64,000 nt of DNA. It comes from Octopus vulgaris (Eukaryota). Shown piece by piece: positions 1 through 11,738 of this stretch. The notes below the pieces were generated by a model that was not told the DNA's origin, ran no database searches, and saw only the letters and a program-made list of their open reading frames with translations. A program made the translations under genes and the position numbers. The stretch is taken from NCBI GenBank assembly GCA_951406725.2, contig OX597814.1, positions 170,872,001-170,936,000 of the forward strand, given 5' to 3'. The first letter of the stretch is position 1; each line of letters starts with the position of its first letter.

Positions 1-333
1 GAAAGGCAAAGTCAACCTCAGTGGAATTTGAACTCAGAACACATAAATAGACAAAATGCCACCCAGCCTGCTCTAAAGACGGACAAAATGTTGCCAAGCA
101 TTTAGTCTGGTGTGATAATGATTCTGGCACCTCACCCTCTTTTCAATTTAGACACAAGGCAAGAAATCTGGTGGGGAGCAAGGAGCTGATCATAATTACC
201 CAGTGAGAGACTGGTTCTTTATTTTAACGATGGTAAAAGGACAAAAAGTAAAAATTGGCCATGGCAGAATTTGAACTCAGGAAACAAAATACCACAAGGC
301 ATTTTGTCCAACACTCTAAAAGATTCTGCCAAT
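1..333 (-). mobile_element. Two tandem decayed copies of SINE family M (tRNA head + Meta/Sauria-like central domain)
   Basis: Reverse complement of the family motif GAGTTCAAATTC..GTTGACTTTGCCTTTC, seen in many copies in this window. Confidence 0.75.
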
Positions 334-974
334 CTAATAAAATGTTAATCTTATGTAGATAAATAACCAAAACATTGGTAATAGATTTAGTCGAAGCCAA
401 GTATGGGTCTAAGATGGGACACATATTCTTCTGTGGTCAAGAGAGTGGAAAATGAATGAAGAACCATGAAAAGAGAAGGAAGAGAACAAGTCCTTTGATA
501 TAATGGAAAAAAAAAGTGAAGAAATGCCATACCTTTCATGATAATGATCACATTTTTGTTTTTTTGTATGGTTTGTATTACTTCAGTTTTAAGACTCCAC
601 CACTTTGATCTGTGTATTTATTAACCGTTTCCAGCAGGAAACACCAATAGTCACCTATCTGTTTCCAAGACCCCTTTTAACCTGACCACATGTACTACTA
701 TATGAATTGAACTCAGTGCATGCCTAACATACCATTCTAATAGCTTTCTGTTTGTTATGCCATCAATCGTTTGCAACCATGGAAACCATCACTTTCACAC
801 ACATGAGGAGGCTGGGGAGAAAGTGAGGTGGGGATGGAGAGAGAGAGGAAAGATGAAGATGGAAGTTAGCTTGATCGATCTCTGTCAACTGACAAATAAC
901 TTATCGTAATAACATATCGAGTTATTTGCAGCACCTAAGTATTAAAGGACAGCGAGCAAATGAGAGCCTCAATG

Positions 975-1185
975 CAGTCATTAGGCCTGCAAGAAATAGT
1001 AACCATATTACCTGAAAATTACTTGGTAACCTTAGAATCACTTACTAACAACTTGAGAAAAAAAAAAAAAAAGAAAAAATACATTGGACAAGTAGTCCAA
1101 AATATGCAATAACCAACAGAATGACATGATCAAAGCTGAAATACTTTTTATCATAGTAGGTTTCTCCAGTCAGGGAAGACTGATT
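975..1185 (+). mobile_element. Interspersed repeat family C (unclassified retroposon-like 3' end), decayed copy
   Basis: Shares blocks CTGC(T)AGAAATAG..ACATTGGACAA..TAGTCC..GCTGGAAT..CTTTGATCATAG..CAGGG with copies near 1500, 5740, 36740, 56405 (+) and 12120, 16925, 20285, 57030 (-). Confidence 0.55.
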
Positions 1186-1789
1186 AAATGACATAGAGGA
1201 AACATTTACATTCAGCTATGGTACATACAAACTGAAGATAAGAACTAAAAACCTAACAAAAAAAAAAAAAAGTTAGGTGAGTTGACTCGAATACTAAATG
1301 AGTTCAAAATTTAAATTAGCATTTCTTCATTCTGTTTCATGAAACATCAGATTGAAAGGCTCAAAACAGTGCAGGTACAGTTAGCAGAAAATTTCTGAAA
1401 GAAGTTGGAATGAGAACCCTTGTTGTGAGTATTCCTTTGATATTACACATCAACCTCCCTCCAGTCACATCCTACCCTCTCTAAAATGAAGTCTTTCTTT
1501 CCCTGCATATAAGAAAATCAATGGGGTGGTCAAAGTTGGTATACTTTGATTATAGATCTGCTAAATTACAGATGATATTGGGTTAAACAATAACAAAGAA
1601 TATGGGAACAATGTGTAAATTTGCAAAAAACATGGAGTCCACACAGAGCATGTGAAAATGGCTTAATTGACTGCATTGGAATTGGCCTACTCAGAAATCC
1701 AAAACAGCAAGTTGGTGACAGGAAGGGCATCCAACCATAGAAAATCTGCCTTGATAAACAAATATATATTTATAGAGAGAAAGTGGTGA

Positions 1790-2180
1790 TGATGCATCCA
1801 GATAAATACATATGGATAAGGCCTGAAGAAAATAATGCAGATAGGACGGTCAAACATCATATCAATGGATGAATTCAACAAAATAACCGAAGTCCCCAGG
1901 GTAAGCAAAGAAGTAAAAAGGAAAAAGTGGAATTGGATTGGACATGTATTGAGAAATGAACCCAATTGTCATTGCATGATTGCTTTGACTTGGCAACCTG
2001 AGGGGACGAGAGAAAAGTTGGTAGACAAAAAACCACATGGAGAAGGACAGTGGAAAAGGAAAGGAATCAATGGTCATCATAAAATGTGGCAAGAAAACTT
2101 GCAAAACAGAGTGATAAATGGAAATGGAAAACGAGCGTGGCGGCCGTATGTGCCAGCTGGCACAAAGAGGATAGATAGAC
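1790..2180 (+). mobile_element. 3' end of an RTE-clade LINE (decayed ORF2 C-terminus)
   Basis: ORF 1835-2230 contains KRKKWNWIGHVLRNEPNCHCMIALTWQPEG; after a frameshift GRQKTTWRRTVEKER ... AAVCASWH, typical of the RTE post-RT region; ends in a (GATA)n tail at ~2170-2180. Confidence 0.85.
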
Positions 2181-2182
2181 AT

Positions 2183-2730
2183 ATTATGTACCGAGGAAGT
2201 GGAAAATGTGACTCATATAAGGGCATGTAAAAAGGCATCATTGTAAAGTATGTTTATATCTGAAGTGGTGTTTGATGAAAGACATTTGAACTAGAGCAGA
2301 AATTGGTATCAACATATATTTGACAGAGCATTAGAAAATGAATCTGCAGAATCTTGCGGGATTTTAAAATTCAAAAGAATAGAATGATAAAACACCGTTA
2401 ACCATACAGTGTTGTGGTGAAGAAAATATAGAGGTGGAAATGTTACATAACAGGTATAAACATATCTGGCTATTACAACATAGCTAGTAAAGAGCATGGG
2501 TGAGTTGGTAAGTATTTGGAACTTCATATGGAAGTCTCAAAAATGCGTATAACACATGAACTAAAGTTCTGTCTATAGTACTTGGAGCTTTTGGCTCCAT
2601 TCCTAACAAGTTTTCAAAAAACATCAATGTGCTAAATACAACATCTAATACTGCAGCCTTAAAAATCAAAATAAATGAATAATAAAATTGGCACCACTTG
2701 GAACTGCCAATTTTCTGCAAAAGGCCTGAG
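2183..2730 (+). mobile_element. Decayed C-terminal fragment of a restriction-like-endonuclease LINE (R4/Dong-like)
   Basis: With stops and frameshifts reads LCTEEVENVTH..., NWYQHIFDRALEN, ILRDFKIQKNRMIKHR*PYSVVVKK and KVLSIVLGAFGSIP, matching the zinc-knuckle and RLE motifs (ILWDF.IQTD..I.HR.PDIV.V, V.P.V.GALG.IP) of R4-clade elements. Confidence 0.8.
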
Positions 2731-4210
2731 ATTATATGATTCGATGGACAATATCTATATACTCAGGCAAGATTCTAAGATGTGCTAAGTGAAAATAATT
2801 ATTAACATTTTACAATTCTTTGTTATTTTCCGTCAAAGAATTCCAAGTATGCCAGGGCACTGCCTCTAAAGCTTTAAAGCAACTATAAGCAAACTTCGTT
2901 TTCAAGAACTAGCCACATAAGACATAGCTCATCGTTAGACAGGTCACACTACTATTAAAAATCAAAATTAATTTTCTGTAAGACATGTCATTGAGAAAGT
3001 CCTGTAGGCTGCAGGTTGCCAAGGACTGCTCTGAAGATTTTGACAACTTTCTAATAGCAAAATTAAACTTAGGGTTGATCAAATCAGTACCAGTAATATG
3101 TGGAGGTTTACTTATTGAACAGAGACTGTCCCACCATTCTGCTGTCAGATAAAATTATAGTCTGGTAATAAATTGTTTGTTTGTATGAATGTATGCATGC
3201 AGGATGCATGTATGTATGCTTTAGTATATGTGTGTGTGTGTATGTATGAAAAAGTGCTAGGTCTGTTTTATTTTCCCAAGAAGATCCACTGATTTTTCAG
3301 ATTCTACTTTGCAACAAATGCACTGACATCTGAGTAGCAATAATGAAGTATGTTTTAGACTACTAAACGTTTGGATTATAAACAACCATTTCATTTTGAT
3401 TAGTAGGTTTCTTTTTTTTTCCCTCCCTTCTTCATCCCCTTACACCATTCTACCCCCCTTTCTCTTTTGTTTTCTTCCTTTGGGCAGATTTACCATTAAA
3501 TGCTTATGTTTCTGAGCTGTTTATATGTTTGTCTATGTGCGTGTTTGTATCAGTGCATATCAGAGAGAAAGCGAGAGAGGGAGAGAGAAAGGGGGAAGAG
3601 AGAAAGTGAAAAAGAGAGAGAGAGAGAATGAGAGTAAACATAGTAAAATAAATGTCCATAATCTTTGTGAAAGACTGGACTAGTAACTTGACTCTAAATA
3701 TACGGTAATGACTTACATTATTTGCTATTGAAATTGTCAGTTGCTTTTAGGCATTTAACCCCCTGAGTTTGAGAGAAAATGCATTGAATTTAGACTTGCA
3801 AGTAATTGGTTTCTGATATTATTTTAATTCTTTAGTTACACAAAGTCACGAAGAGAAAAAATCTATGTCGCTAAGTGGAACTACGCTCATCAGCTTAATT
3901 ACTGCTCTACTTAGGGGTCTCCCCCCTACCTTTAGTTTTTTTTTTTTTTTTTCTTTCTGTCTCCTCTCCTACCTATCCCCCACCATATCTCTCTTGAGAA
4001 TACAAGTGGGATGGATCTGCAGAGATTAGAAAATAATGAATTAAGTGAGTATGATATATGTGCAATATTAACCCATTTCATTCACTCATACATGTATATA
4101 AATATATATATTAGTTAGACTTCAGTAATAGTAAAACTTTCCACCATAGAAAGCTTTTAAAGTTAATTTATAGTACAAACAAGATGTTCCAGCAACAATT
4201 ATATAAGTTA

Positions 4211-4590
4211 GGCACAGGCATGGATGTGTGGTTAAGAAGCTTGCTTCCCAACCACACGGTTCTGGGTTCAGTTTTCTACTATAGCCCTGGGAAAAAAATG
4301 TCTTGCGAATGGATTTTGCTGATGGAAACTGTGTGGAAGCCTGCTGTGTGTGTGTGTCTCCGTGTCCATCCACTGCAATGCTTGACCCGCCATCTGCTGC
4401 ACTGCTTGACAAGCTTTGGCTTGTGTGTGTCCCCATAACTTAATGGTTGGTTAAAAGTGACAGAATAAGTACTAACATTTACAGAGAAAAAGAAATACTA
4501 GGGTCAATTCGGTTAACTAGAATATTTCAAGGTAGTGCCCTAGTGTGGCCACAGTCCAATAACTGAAACAATCAAAAGGTAAACAGTAAA
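4211..4590 (+). mobile_element. SINE family K (tRNA head + CORE-like domain, internal (GT)n)
   Basis: A-box TGGATGTGTGG, B-box-like GGGTTCAGT, shared body and tail (..GGCCACAGTCCAATAACTGAAACAA) with the copies at 24785 and 31102. Confidence 0.8.
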
Positions 4591-5494
4591 TGAAACTAGT
4601 CATTAAGTCATTTTACTTAAACCACTTCCTTGAAATTCTTATTTATTTTGAAAACTTATGACAATATGTTGTAGTCACTTCTTAACAGATGTATGACCAA
4701 GAAAGAAAGGTTTAAAACTTCAGAAATCTTCAATGCAAAGGAGAGGAGGAATTCAAGTGGATTTTACAAAGCATTGGCTATAGCATGTGATTAATATAAT
4801 GATGATGATGCCTGTACTAGTAAGGACTGTATGGAGTATTAGTGCTTTACATAAGCAGTCCTTAAACTTTTTTTTCTTTTTGCACCAGAGACCGGTTTCA
4901 TGCAAGACAATTTACGTGTGTGTTCTTTGGTCCATGAAAAACTAAGGGGATTTTTTTAGATACTTTTATGGGGGGGGGGGGGGGAATAAGATGTCCTTAT
5001 ATGCAATCAAACATGGTAAGTTGAACCTGAAGACATGAAACCTCACAAATGAAAGAACATTTGCATTATTAATTGCTAGATAATGTTAAGGTATTTTAGA
5101 TATATCCCACCAATGAGAGGACATAGAAAAAAATAAAAACATTAAAATAATTGATGCCAGTGCTGCCTGACAGCCTCCCATGCTGGTGGCAAGTAAAAAG
5201 CATCATTCAAGTGTGATCAATGCCAGAGACACCTGACTGGTTCCTGTGCTGGTGGAACATAAAAAGCACCCACTACACTTTTGGACAGTGCTGAGTTGTC
5301 AAACATTAACATTTAAACCAAATTTTCTCAAAACAACTTGTCCGACCATCCCATAGGCCTCCCCTTTGAGAAACACTGATTTAACCTAAATTTGAGACAC
5401 CAGCAAAAGAAGAAATAAAGATAGACTTTTTTTCTATTCCAAAGAAAAACGATTTTATTCACACAAATATGCAACCGAAGAGTTTAAAGTACCA

Positions 5495-5721
5495 GTAAGT
5501 ACATCGCAACAGCTGATTAACTTGCGCATACAAATGCACGTTCCCACGGCTTTATTGATAGCATTTTCACCTGGAATCGATTTTCGTAATTTTTTCAAGA
5601 CTTATACACACCCTGATACCGTCAGTATCTACATATCAAATTTGAGCACAATCGGATGGAGGATGCCTAAGATTCTAGAAGATACACAAACAGACAGACA
5701 GAACGGATTTCATATAATAGA
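5495..5721 (-). mobile_element. Probable 5' end of a non-autonomous Helitron-type element
   Basis: Minus strand begins A|TCTATTATATGAAATCCGTTCTGTCTGTCTG: TC start plus (CTGT)n, the usual layout of such elements; 3' CTRR end not located. Confidence 0.45.
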
Positions 5722-5739
5722 TTTGTTCAGTCAATGGTC

Positions 5740-5960
5740 AGGTCTCTGTGTTGTAGCTCAACCTGCTACAAATAACTAAATCTTTCTCAAATCACAGCCT
5801 GCTTGCCTTAAAAAAAAGACAAATGTAGTCTTAGATACACAGTGTCTGAATAAAAAGAGAGGAAGGTGAGAGGCAAAAAAACACCTGTGATCATATCATT
5901 CAATTCAATTAAAGGTGTAATACCTTTGATTATAGGTCTACTCAGTCAGGGCTGACAACC
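5740..5960 (+). mobile_element. Repeat family C copy
   Basis: CAACCTGCTACAAATAACTAAATCTTTCTCAAATCAC..TAGTCTTAGATACAC..CCTTTGATTATAGGTCTACTCAGTCAGGGCTGAC. Confidence 0.6.
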
Positions 5961-6406
5961 ACACTAATGGAACAATCAATTAATGTAGCAATGAAACAAT
6001 TATTGAGGGACACTACTCTTCCAGTACAATGCTTTAGCAGACAATTCCCAGTTTCACTATCAAACCACACTATATCACCAGTACTACTAAAGCGTTCCTA
6101 ACTAAATTACAATCTCAGTTGAATTCATATTATAACACAAGTGATACTATGAGATTTCAATTGCTCAACACAAGCATATTGTAACACTAGAGATATTTTA
6201 GCAAAACCTTTGAAAACTCTTGAAAATTAATTGAAGCACACTCACAGTAAATTCATTTGGAATATAGCCATGAATAGGATAAAACACTCAGATGGAACTC
6301 TCTTTTCTTATGAGGTTAAAAGAAGGACACTGGTATCCGAGCATTTAAATGTCCTTTTTTGTTTTGTTTTTCTCCCATTATCCATTTAGTGAACACAGAC
6401 ATACAC

Positions 6407-6456
<50 letters not shown>

Positions 6457-6931
6457 GCAACAAATTAGCTGAATGAGTTCACAGAATACAAAAAGCAAGG
6501 GTTAAAATTAAATCCATATTTTCAAATTATTTCTCTTCAACAAATTAATCATCTTGAGAAAAAAGGAAATTCGTTGTTGGAAGTTTGAGAAGCTAGGTTT
6601 TATTTACCTGAAAGAGGGGTGGAGAAGATTAGGGGTAGTTGTAGTGGTGATGGTGGTGGGAATATAATTTATGGTACAGTTTAACCCATCCAGTTCTATA
6701 ATTGAAAAAGAAGAAATACTTGATCCAATATTTAATTTTTGATTAATGTTCAAATCTTCATAATGTTGTTGTTGTTAATTTCTGAAATTGGTTGAATAAA
6801 AAGAAAAAAAAAACCCCAAAAACCTAAGTCTTTTCTCAACAAAAAAAATCTCTTCATTCCATTATTGCAGACAAGAAACTAAGATGGGTATTTTTTTACT
6901 TTAATTTCATAAGGGTTTTTACTTGCTGTAA

Positions 6932-7506
6932 TCCTTCAGTGTATAAAAACGGCTATATCTGGCCCAAATATTCTGTCTGTTTTAGGTTCAAACTGGCCAA
7001 ATTCAGCCTCTCACACCTACTCTACAATGTCATTCTAAAAATAATCATATTGAATTTTCAAAACTACAAGATTATGTGTGAGTAATGTAAAACAATGTAA
7101 ACAAGAGCACTTGTAGAGCACAAACCTCTGCCAAGGCAACACCAACGTCCTCTCAATGATTAGCCGGTGATGATTTTTAAAATGAGAATATCTGAAATAA
7201 GCTCAACTGCTCTCACAAAGGAAAATACTAAAAATGAAACTGACTGTTCTCAAAAATTAAGTAAAAAAATAAACAGGAAAAATAATCCAGAATCCTTGTC
7301 TGGTACTGGATCGATCCCAAACTCTAATCAGTTCGTGTCAGTCATGAGGCCAAACATCCCTGAAAGTTCCACCAAATCCATCCAGAGGTTCTTGTCCACA
7401 GACAAATAAACAAACAAACACAACTGGAAACAACACCTCCACCTTCGTTAAGGTGGAGGTAATAAATAGGCATTACATTTGACAGACTAATCTGAAACTT
7501 GGAGGG
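6932..7506 (+). mobile_element. piggyBac-type MITE family B, interrupted by an insertion at 7101-7462
   Basis: Body ATATCTGGCCCAAATATTCT..GCCTCTCACACCTAC..TACAATGTCATTCTAAA matches 16606, 21618 and 62217; ends GGG-TTAA. Confidence 0.75.
7101..7462 (-). mobile_element. Helentron-associated non-autonomous element (HINE/DINE-1-like)
   Basis: Terminal 11-bp hairpin ACCTCCACCTT-CGTT-AAGGTGGAGGT (7435-7460), adjacent (AAAC)n tract, related ACCTCTGCC motif near the other end; no TSD; splits MITE B at an A/T run. Confidence 0.6.
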
Positions 7507-7630
7507 TTAAAAACATTTAGGAGTACTCAACAAACCTTGAAGTTAACAACATCTATTTATTCTGATAGAGATCCCCAGGAGATGTTTGAATTAAATATTA
7601 TGCATTCGAATTCTAAAAGTAGAAATGTAC

Positions 7631-7821
7631 CATATGCCTTACTTATAACCATTGCTATGAGGGAGCCTATGGGAAATAGCAACTAAATTTCCCTCAAATC
7701 CACAATACCATCTTAAAAAGGTTGCATATACCTTACTTATATCCATTGCTATGAGGGAGCCTACAAGAAATGGCAACTAAATTTGCCTCAAATCCACAAT
7801 GCCACCTCAAAAAGGTTGCAT
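7631..7821. repeat. 94-bp tandem duplication (contains part of family C)
   Basis: Units 7631-7724 and 7725-7818 align with roughly ten substitutions. Confidence 0.9.
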
Positions 7822-8069
7822 GTAGACCTACATTACACTACAACGATTATATACTCCCTTGCACTAAGCAAACAGTATTTAATGTCAATCTTCTATATTC
7901 TGGACAGAAAACCTGCAGGGGTTGAAGGAGTACTCTGCCTCTCATGTGTAAGGACACAGTAAATACTAGACATATTGTGATCTTGTTTCAAACATTCCTA
8001 TATCAATTGATATTTTTATGAATTGGGTAAATGTAATAAACCATTATTATTACTAGGTTGGTGAGTTAA

Positions 8070-8286
8070 CCCTTTCATTACTGAATTTATTTTGAGATGC
8101 TCTGTGTTTCTTTCAATTACTTTAAATATAACAAAGAATTTAGTAAAATAACTTAGCTATCATTCAGCTAGTGTTAACATAAATTGTGACTAAGGTTTGG
8201 TGGAAGATTTTAATTCAAAACTTATGAAAACAAGACATTTGTACTCAGAGCCAGAACCATTTTCAGCCGGGTTGGTAATGAAAGGG
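8070..8286 (+). mobile_element. piggyBac-type MITE family A (inserted in the head of a SINE M copy)
   Basis: 12-bp TIR CCCTTTCATTAC/GTAATGAAAGGG, flanks TTAA/TTAG; near-identical to four other intact copies. Confidence 0.9.
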
Positions 8287-8289
8287 TTA

Positions 8290-9550
8290 GAGAATCAACA
8301 GTGTTGGACAAAAATGCGTTGTGGTATTTATGTTTTTTGCTCTCGTGTTCAAATCTTACCAAGGTCAATTTTTCCTTTCGTTTTTCTGAAGTTGATGAAA
8401 TAAAGTACCCATCAAGTACAAAGGGTGATATAATCAACTTACTTCTCTCCATAATTTCTAGCCATGTCCTGTCGTTAAGCTTTTAATCAGGCAATGGATT
8501 AGCATAAACATTAGAATATTGGATAAAATGCCAAGCAGTATTTTCCTCTGGCTCTTTGCATTCTAAGTTCTTATCTTACAGATGTAAACTTTGCCTTTCA
8601 TCCCTCTGGATGTTGATAAGTAGCTCTCAGGTATTAGGATTGAAATAATTGACTAACTCTACTTTCAAAATTACTTGTTTTGTGCCAAAAGTTGTTGTTA
8701 TTGTTATTATTATTATAAAGGCATCAAGCTGCTAGAATTGTTAGCATGCTGGACGAAATGCTTAGCAGTATTTTGCCTGTCACTACGTTCTCAGTTCAAA
8801 TTCTGCCAAGGTTGACTTTGCCTTTCATCCTTTTAGGGTCGATAAAATAAGTACCAGTTGAACACTGGGGTTGATGTAATCGCCTAGTCCCTTCCCGCCA
8901 AATTCCAGGCTTGCTTTGTGTCTATATTAGAAAGGATTATCATTATTACAGTGAGCTGGCAAAATTGTTAGCACACTGGACAAAATGCTTAGTGGCTTTC
9001 TATTTGTCGCTACGTTCCGAGTTCAAATTCCGCTGAGGTTGACTTTGCCTTTCATCCTTTCGGGGGTCAATAAATTAAGTACCAGTGAAACACTGGGGTC
9101 AATGTAATCGACTAGACCCCCTCCCACGAAATAGCAGAAAGGATTATTATTTTATAACTACTAAGATAGTAAATTAGCAGAATCATTAGAGTGTTTGAGA
9201 AAAAAATATCTTGCAGTATTTGTCCCATCTCTTTATGGTCTAAGTTCAAATCCCTCTGAAATCAACTGTGCCTTTCATCCTTTTGAGTTGATAAAATCAA
9301 GTGTCACACAAGTACTGATGTTGATGACATTAGCTGACCACCACCCCCAGTCCTCAAAAACTGCTGGCCTTGTGCCTAAATTAGAAACAATTATTATTGT
9401 TGTCATTTTTAAGCAGTAGTAGTGGTAGTAGTAGCAGGTAGTGGTGAAGTAGCCTTAAAATGCCGACCTTGATGTGTTTGGGGTTCAAATATCCTCATGT
9501 TCAGTTTGATTTTCATGTTCTTGGAGGGTTAATAAAATAAGTACCTGTCA
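8290..9550 (+). mobile_element. Head-to-tail array of about 5-6 SINE M copies, mostly separated by (TTA)n
   Basis: Copies at ~8290-8475, 8488-8690, 8718-8936, 8948-9143, 9162-9388 and a fragment to 9550, each with ..GTTCAAAT..GACTTTGCCTTTCATCC..GATAAA..AAGTACC. Confidence 0.9.
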
Positions 9551-11522
9551 TGTATTATTATAGCAAAAGGAGTCCACTGGAAAATTATCCCACATCATTT
9601 TAAAGCATCTTTTCATAATCTATTATCTAAACCTAAGGTTTATAATAAATAACGAAGCTAGGTAGTAGTGGGATCCAATGATTTCCCTTGCCCAGTTCAT
9701 CAACTGTTTCTCCTTCACATAGGCAAAATAAAACCACCTTGCATATAACAACACAGCCTTATATTAACTAGAATCCTTGAAATGAAACATGAAGTAAAAT
9801 AAATCTAGCTAAAACTCTGAGTGTGAATATTGATAGGGGACTTCTCAATCTAAAAATTATTTCCCCACTGAAATCCACAAATTTAACCCCGCAATCTTGA
9901 AATTTCCTCCAGGGAAGAAATTCTCCCCCCAAGTTAAAAATTGCAGATTTACAGCAAATAGATTGTTGCCAGCAGCAGCGGCAACAGCAATGTTGTTATG
10001 CATTGGAGACAGGGAGAGCGGCTGGACTTGCCTGCCAGTGCTAGTGTGATAGCTACTGTCTGTCTGTGTAGTGGGAGGGAGTCAGACAGATACACACATC
10101 ATGATGCACAGGATACAATTCTAGGAAAGCACCAAGAGCTGCTGGGCTTTAAGAATCTAAGGAGGTATAAATAAATGAAATATTGATATTATTTATCAGA
10201 ATCACATGTGTGTGTGTGTTGTGATGTGAGGCTCCAGGTAAGATTTGATACACCAAACTTAACGATATGGAAGTAGATGTGCTGTATTCTAATGCATTGT
10301 AATATATCATGTGTGTTAAATAAGGCATTGTGTTTGGTAGTAATAATGCATGTGTTATGCATTAACTATTAATTACTGAACCATCAAAGAAGCCTCTAAT
10401 TTGTCACTTCATCTGCATAAAAATAATAACCAAATCTTTCCTGGAATTATAACTTATGATCTTTAAAAAGAAAAAGAATAGATTAGAAAATTTAGTCCTG
10501 TTTAATAAAAGTTTGTGTGAAAAGAATGATAAAGGATGGCCATGGTTGGAACACCTCAGAAATATAGATCCGCTTGATCAATATGGCCTGTGGTTAAATT
10601 AACTACAACGTTAAGTATAAAACATACAACATCAAGTTTGAATCAGTTCTTTAAGGAAAGGTGTTGGTGTTGAAGGTAGCAGTAGTAGTAGTAGTAGTAA
10701 CAACAGCAGCAATGGTGATAGTAGTAGTAGTAGTAGTAACAGCAGCAGCAATGGTAATAGTAGCAATAGTCATATGTTAGTGATATAATTTTAGTAGAGG
10801 AATAAAAAAAATAAAATTCAAACATAATGAAAAAACAAAGAAAATATAAAAATTAAAATTTGGTGGGGGGGAAGGGGAAGAAAAAGATTTGCAGAAGGAA
10901 AAAAAAAACAGTAAAGAACAAAAAAAAACAAAAACAAATAAAAACTGTCTCCTTGGCTCCATTAGAAATAATGACTATGGTTATACAGCATGATAATGTT
11001 GGCTTTCAAGTAAACCCCCACCACCACCTTACTCCTGTTCCAATTCTCCAGCTCTCACTCTTGTTTCCCTGTATATCAGCCTACTTCATTTCTGTCACCC
11101 TCACTCTTTAGTGCAGATAATGGTTTACTTAGAAAATAGATTTTTTTTTTTTCTCCATGGCAGTAGCTGGAGCTGCCCCAGGGGAAGTAACCAAAAGAAA
11201 GCTGCTAAGAATTTATAATGTTCAATGATTTTCTCGGAGAATTTCATTATTGGATAAACTGAGAAGATTAGGGTGAAATGCTATTAATTTTTATCTGATT
11301 CTACAATCAAAAGACCAGACTTAAAGGTCTTATCAATAAGATTTTTCATAATATTCACCATGTTTACATGTTTTTGCTCTTTCTTTCTAGTTTTGATTAG
11401 ATAACACTACACAAACACATATTTGTTGTTAAAGTTAATTACCTTTTCATTACCATGTATAGTACAGTAACCATATATGTGCCTGTGTGTGTTTTCCATG
11501 TTGACATTATAATACAGTACAT

Positions 11523-11738
11523 AAGGCAGCGAGCTGGCAGAACTGTTACCACATCAGGAAAAATGCTTAGCGGCATTTCTTCTGACTTTACATTTTTGAT
11601 TTCAAAGACTTGTAAGGTTGACTTTGCCTTTCATCCTTTTGGGGTTGATAAAATAAGTATCAGTTGAACATCGGGGTTGATGTAGGTGACTTATCCCCTA
11701 TCCCCAAATTGCTGGCCTTGTGCTAAAATTGGAAATCG
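11523..11738 (+). mobile_element. SINE M copy
   Basis: AAGGCAGCGAGCTGGCAGAA head, GACTTTGCCTTTCATCCTTTTGGGGTTGATAAA core, GCTGGCCTTGTGCTAAAATTGGAAA tail. Confidence 0.85.

Noticed and set aside
3860-3902. Second hammerhead-like motif on the minus strand (CUGAUGA-GC..GC-GACA)
   Set aside because: GAAA is replaced by GACA, helix II is weak and there is no convincing helix I.
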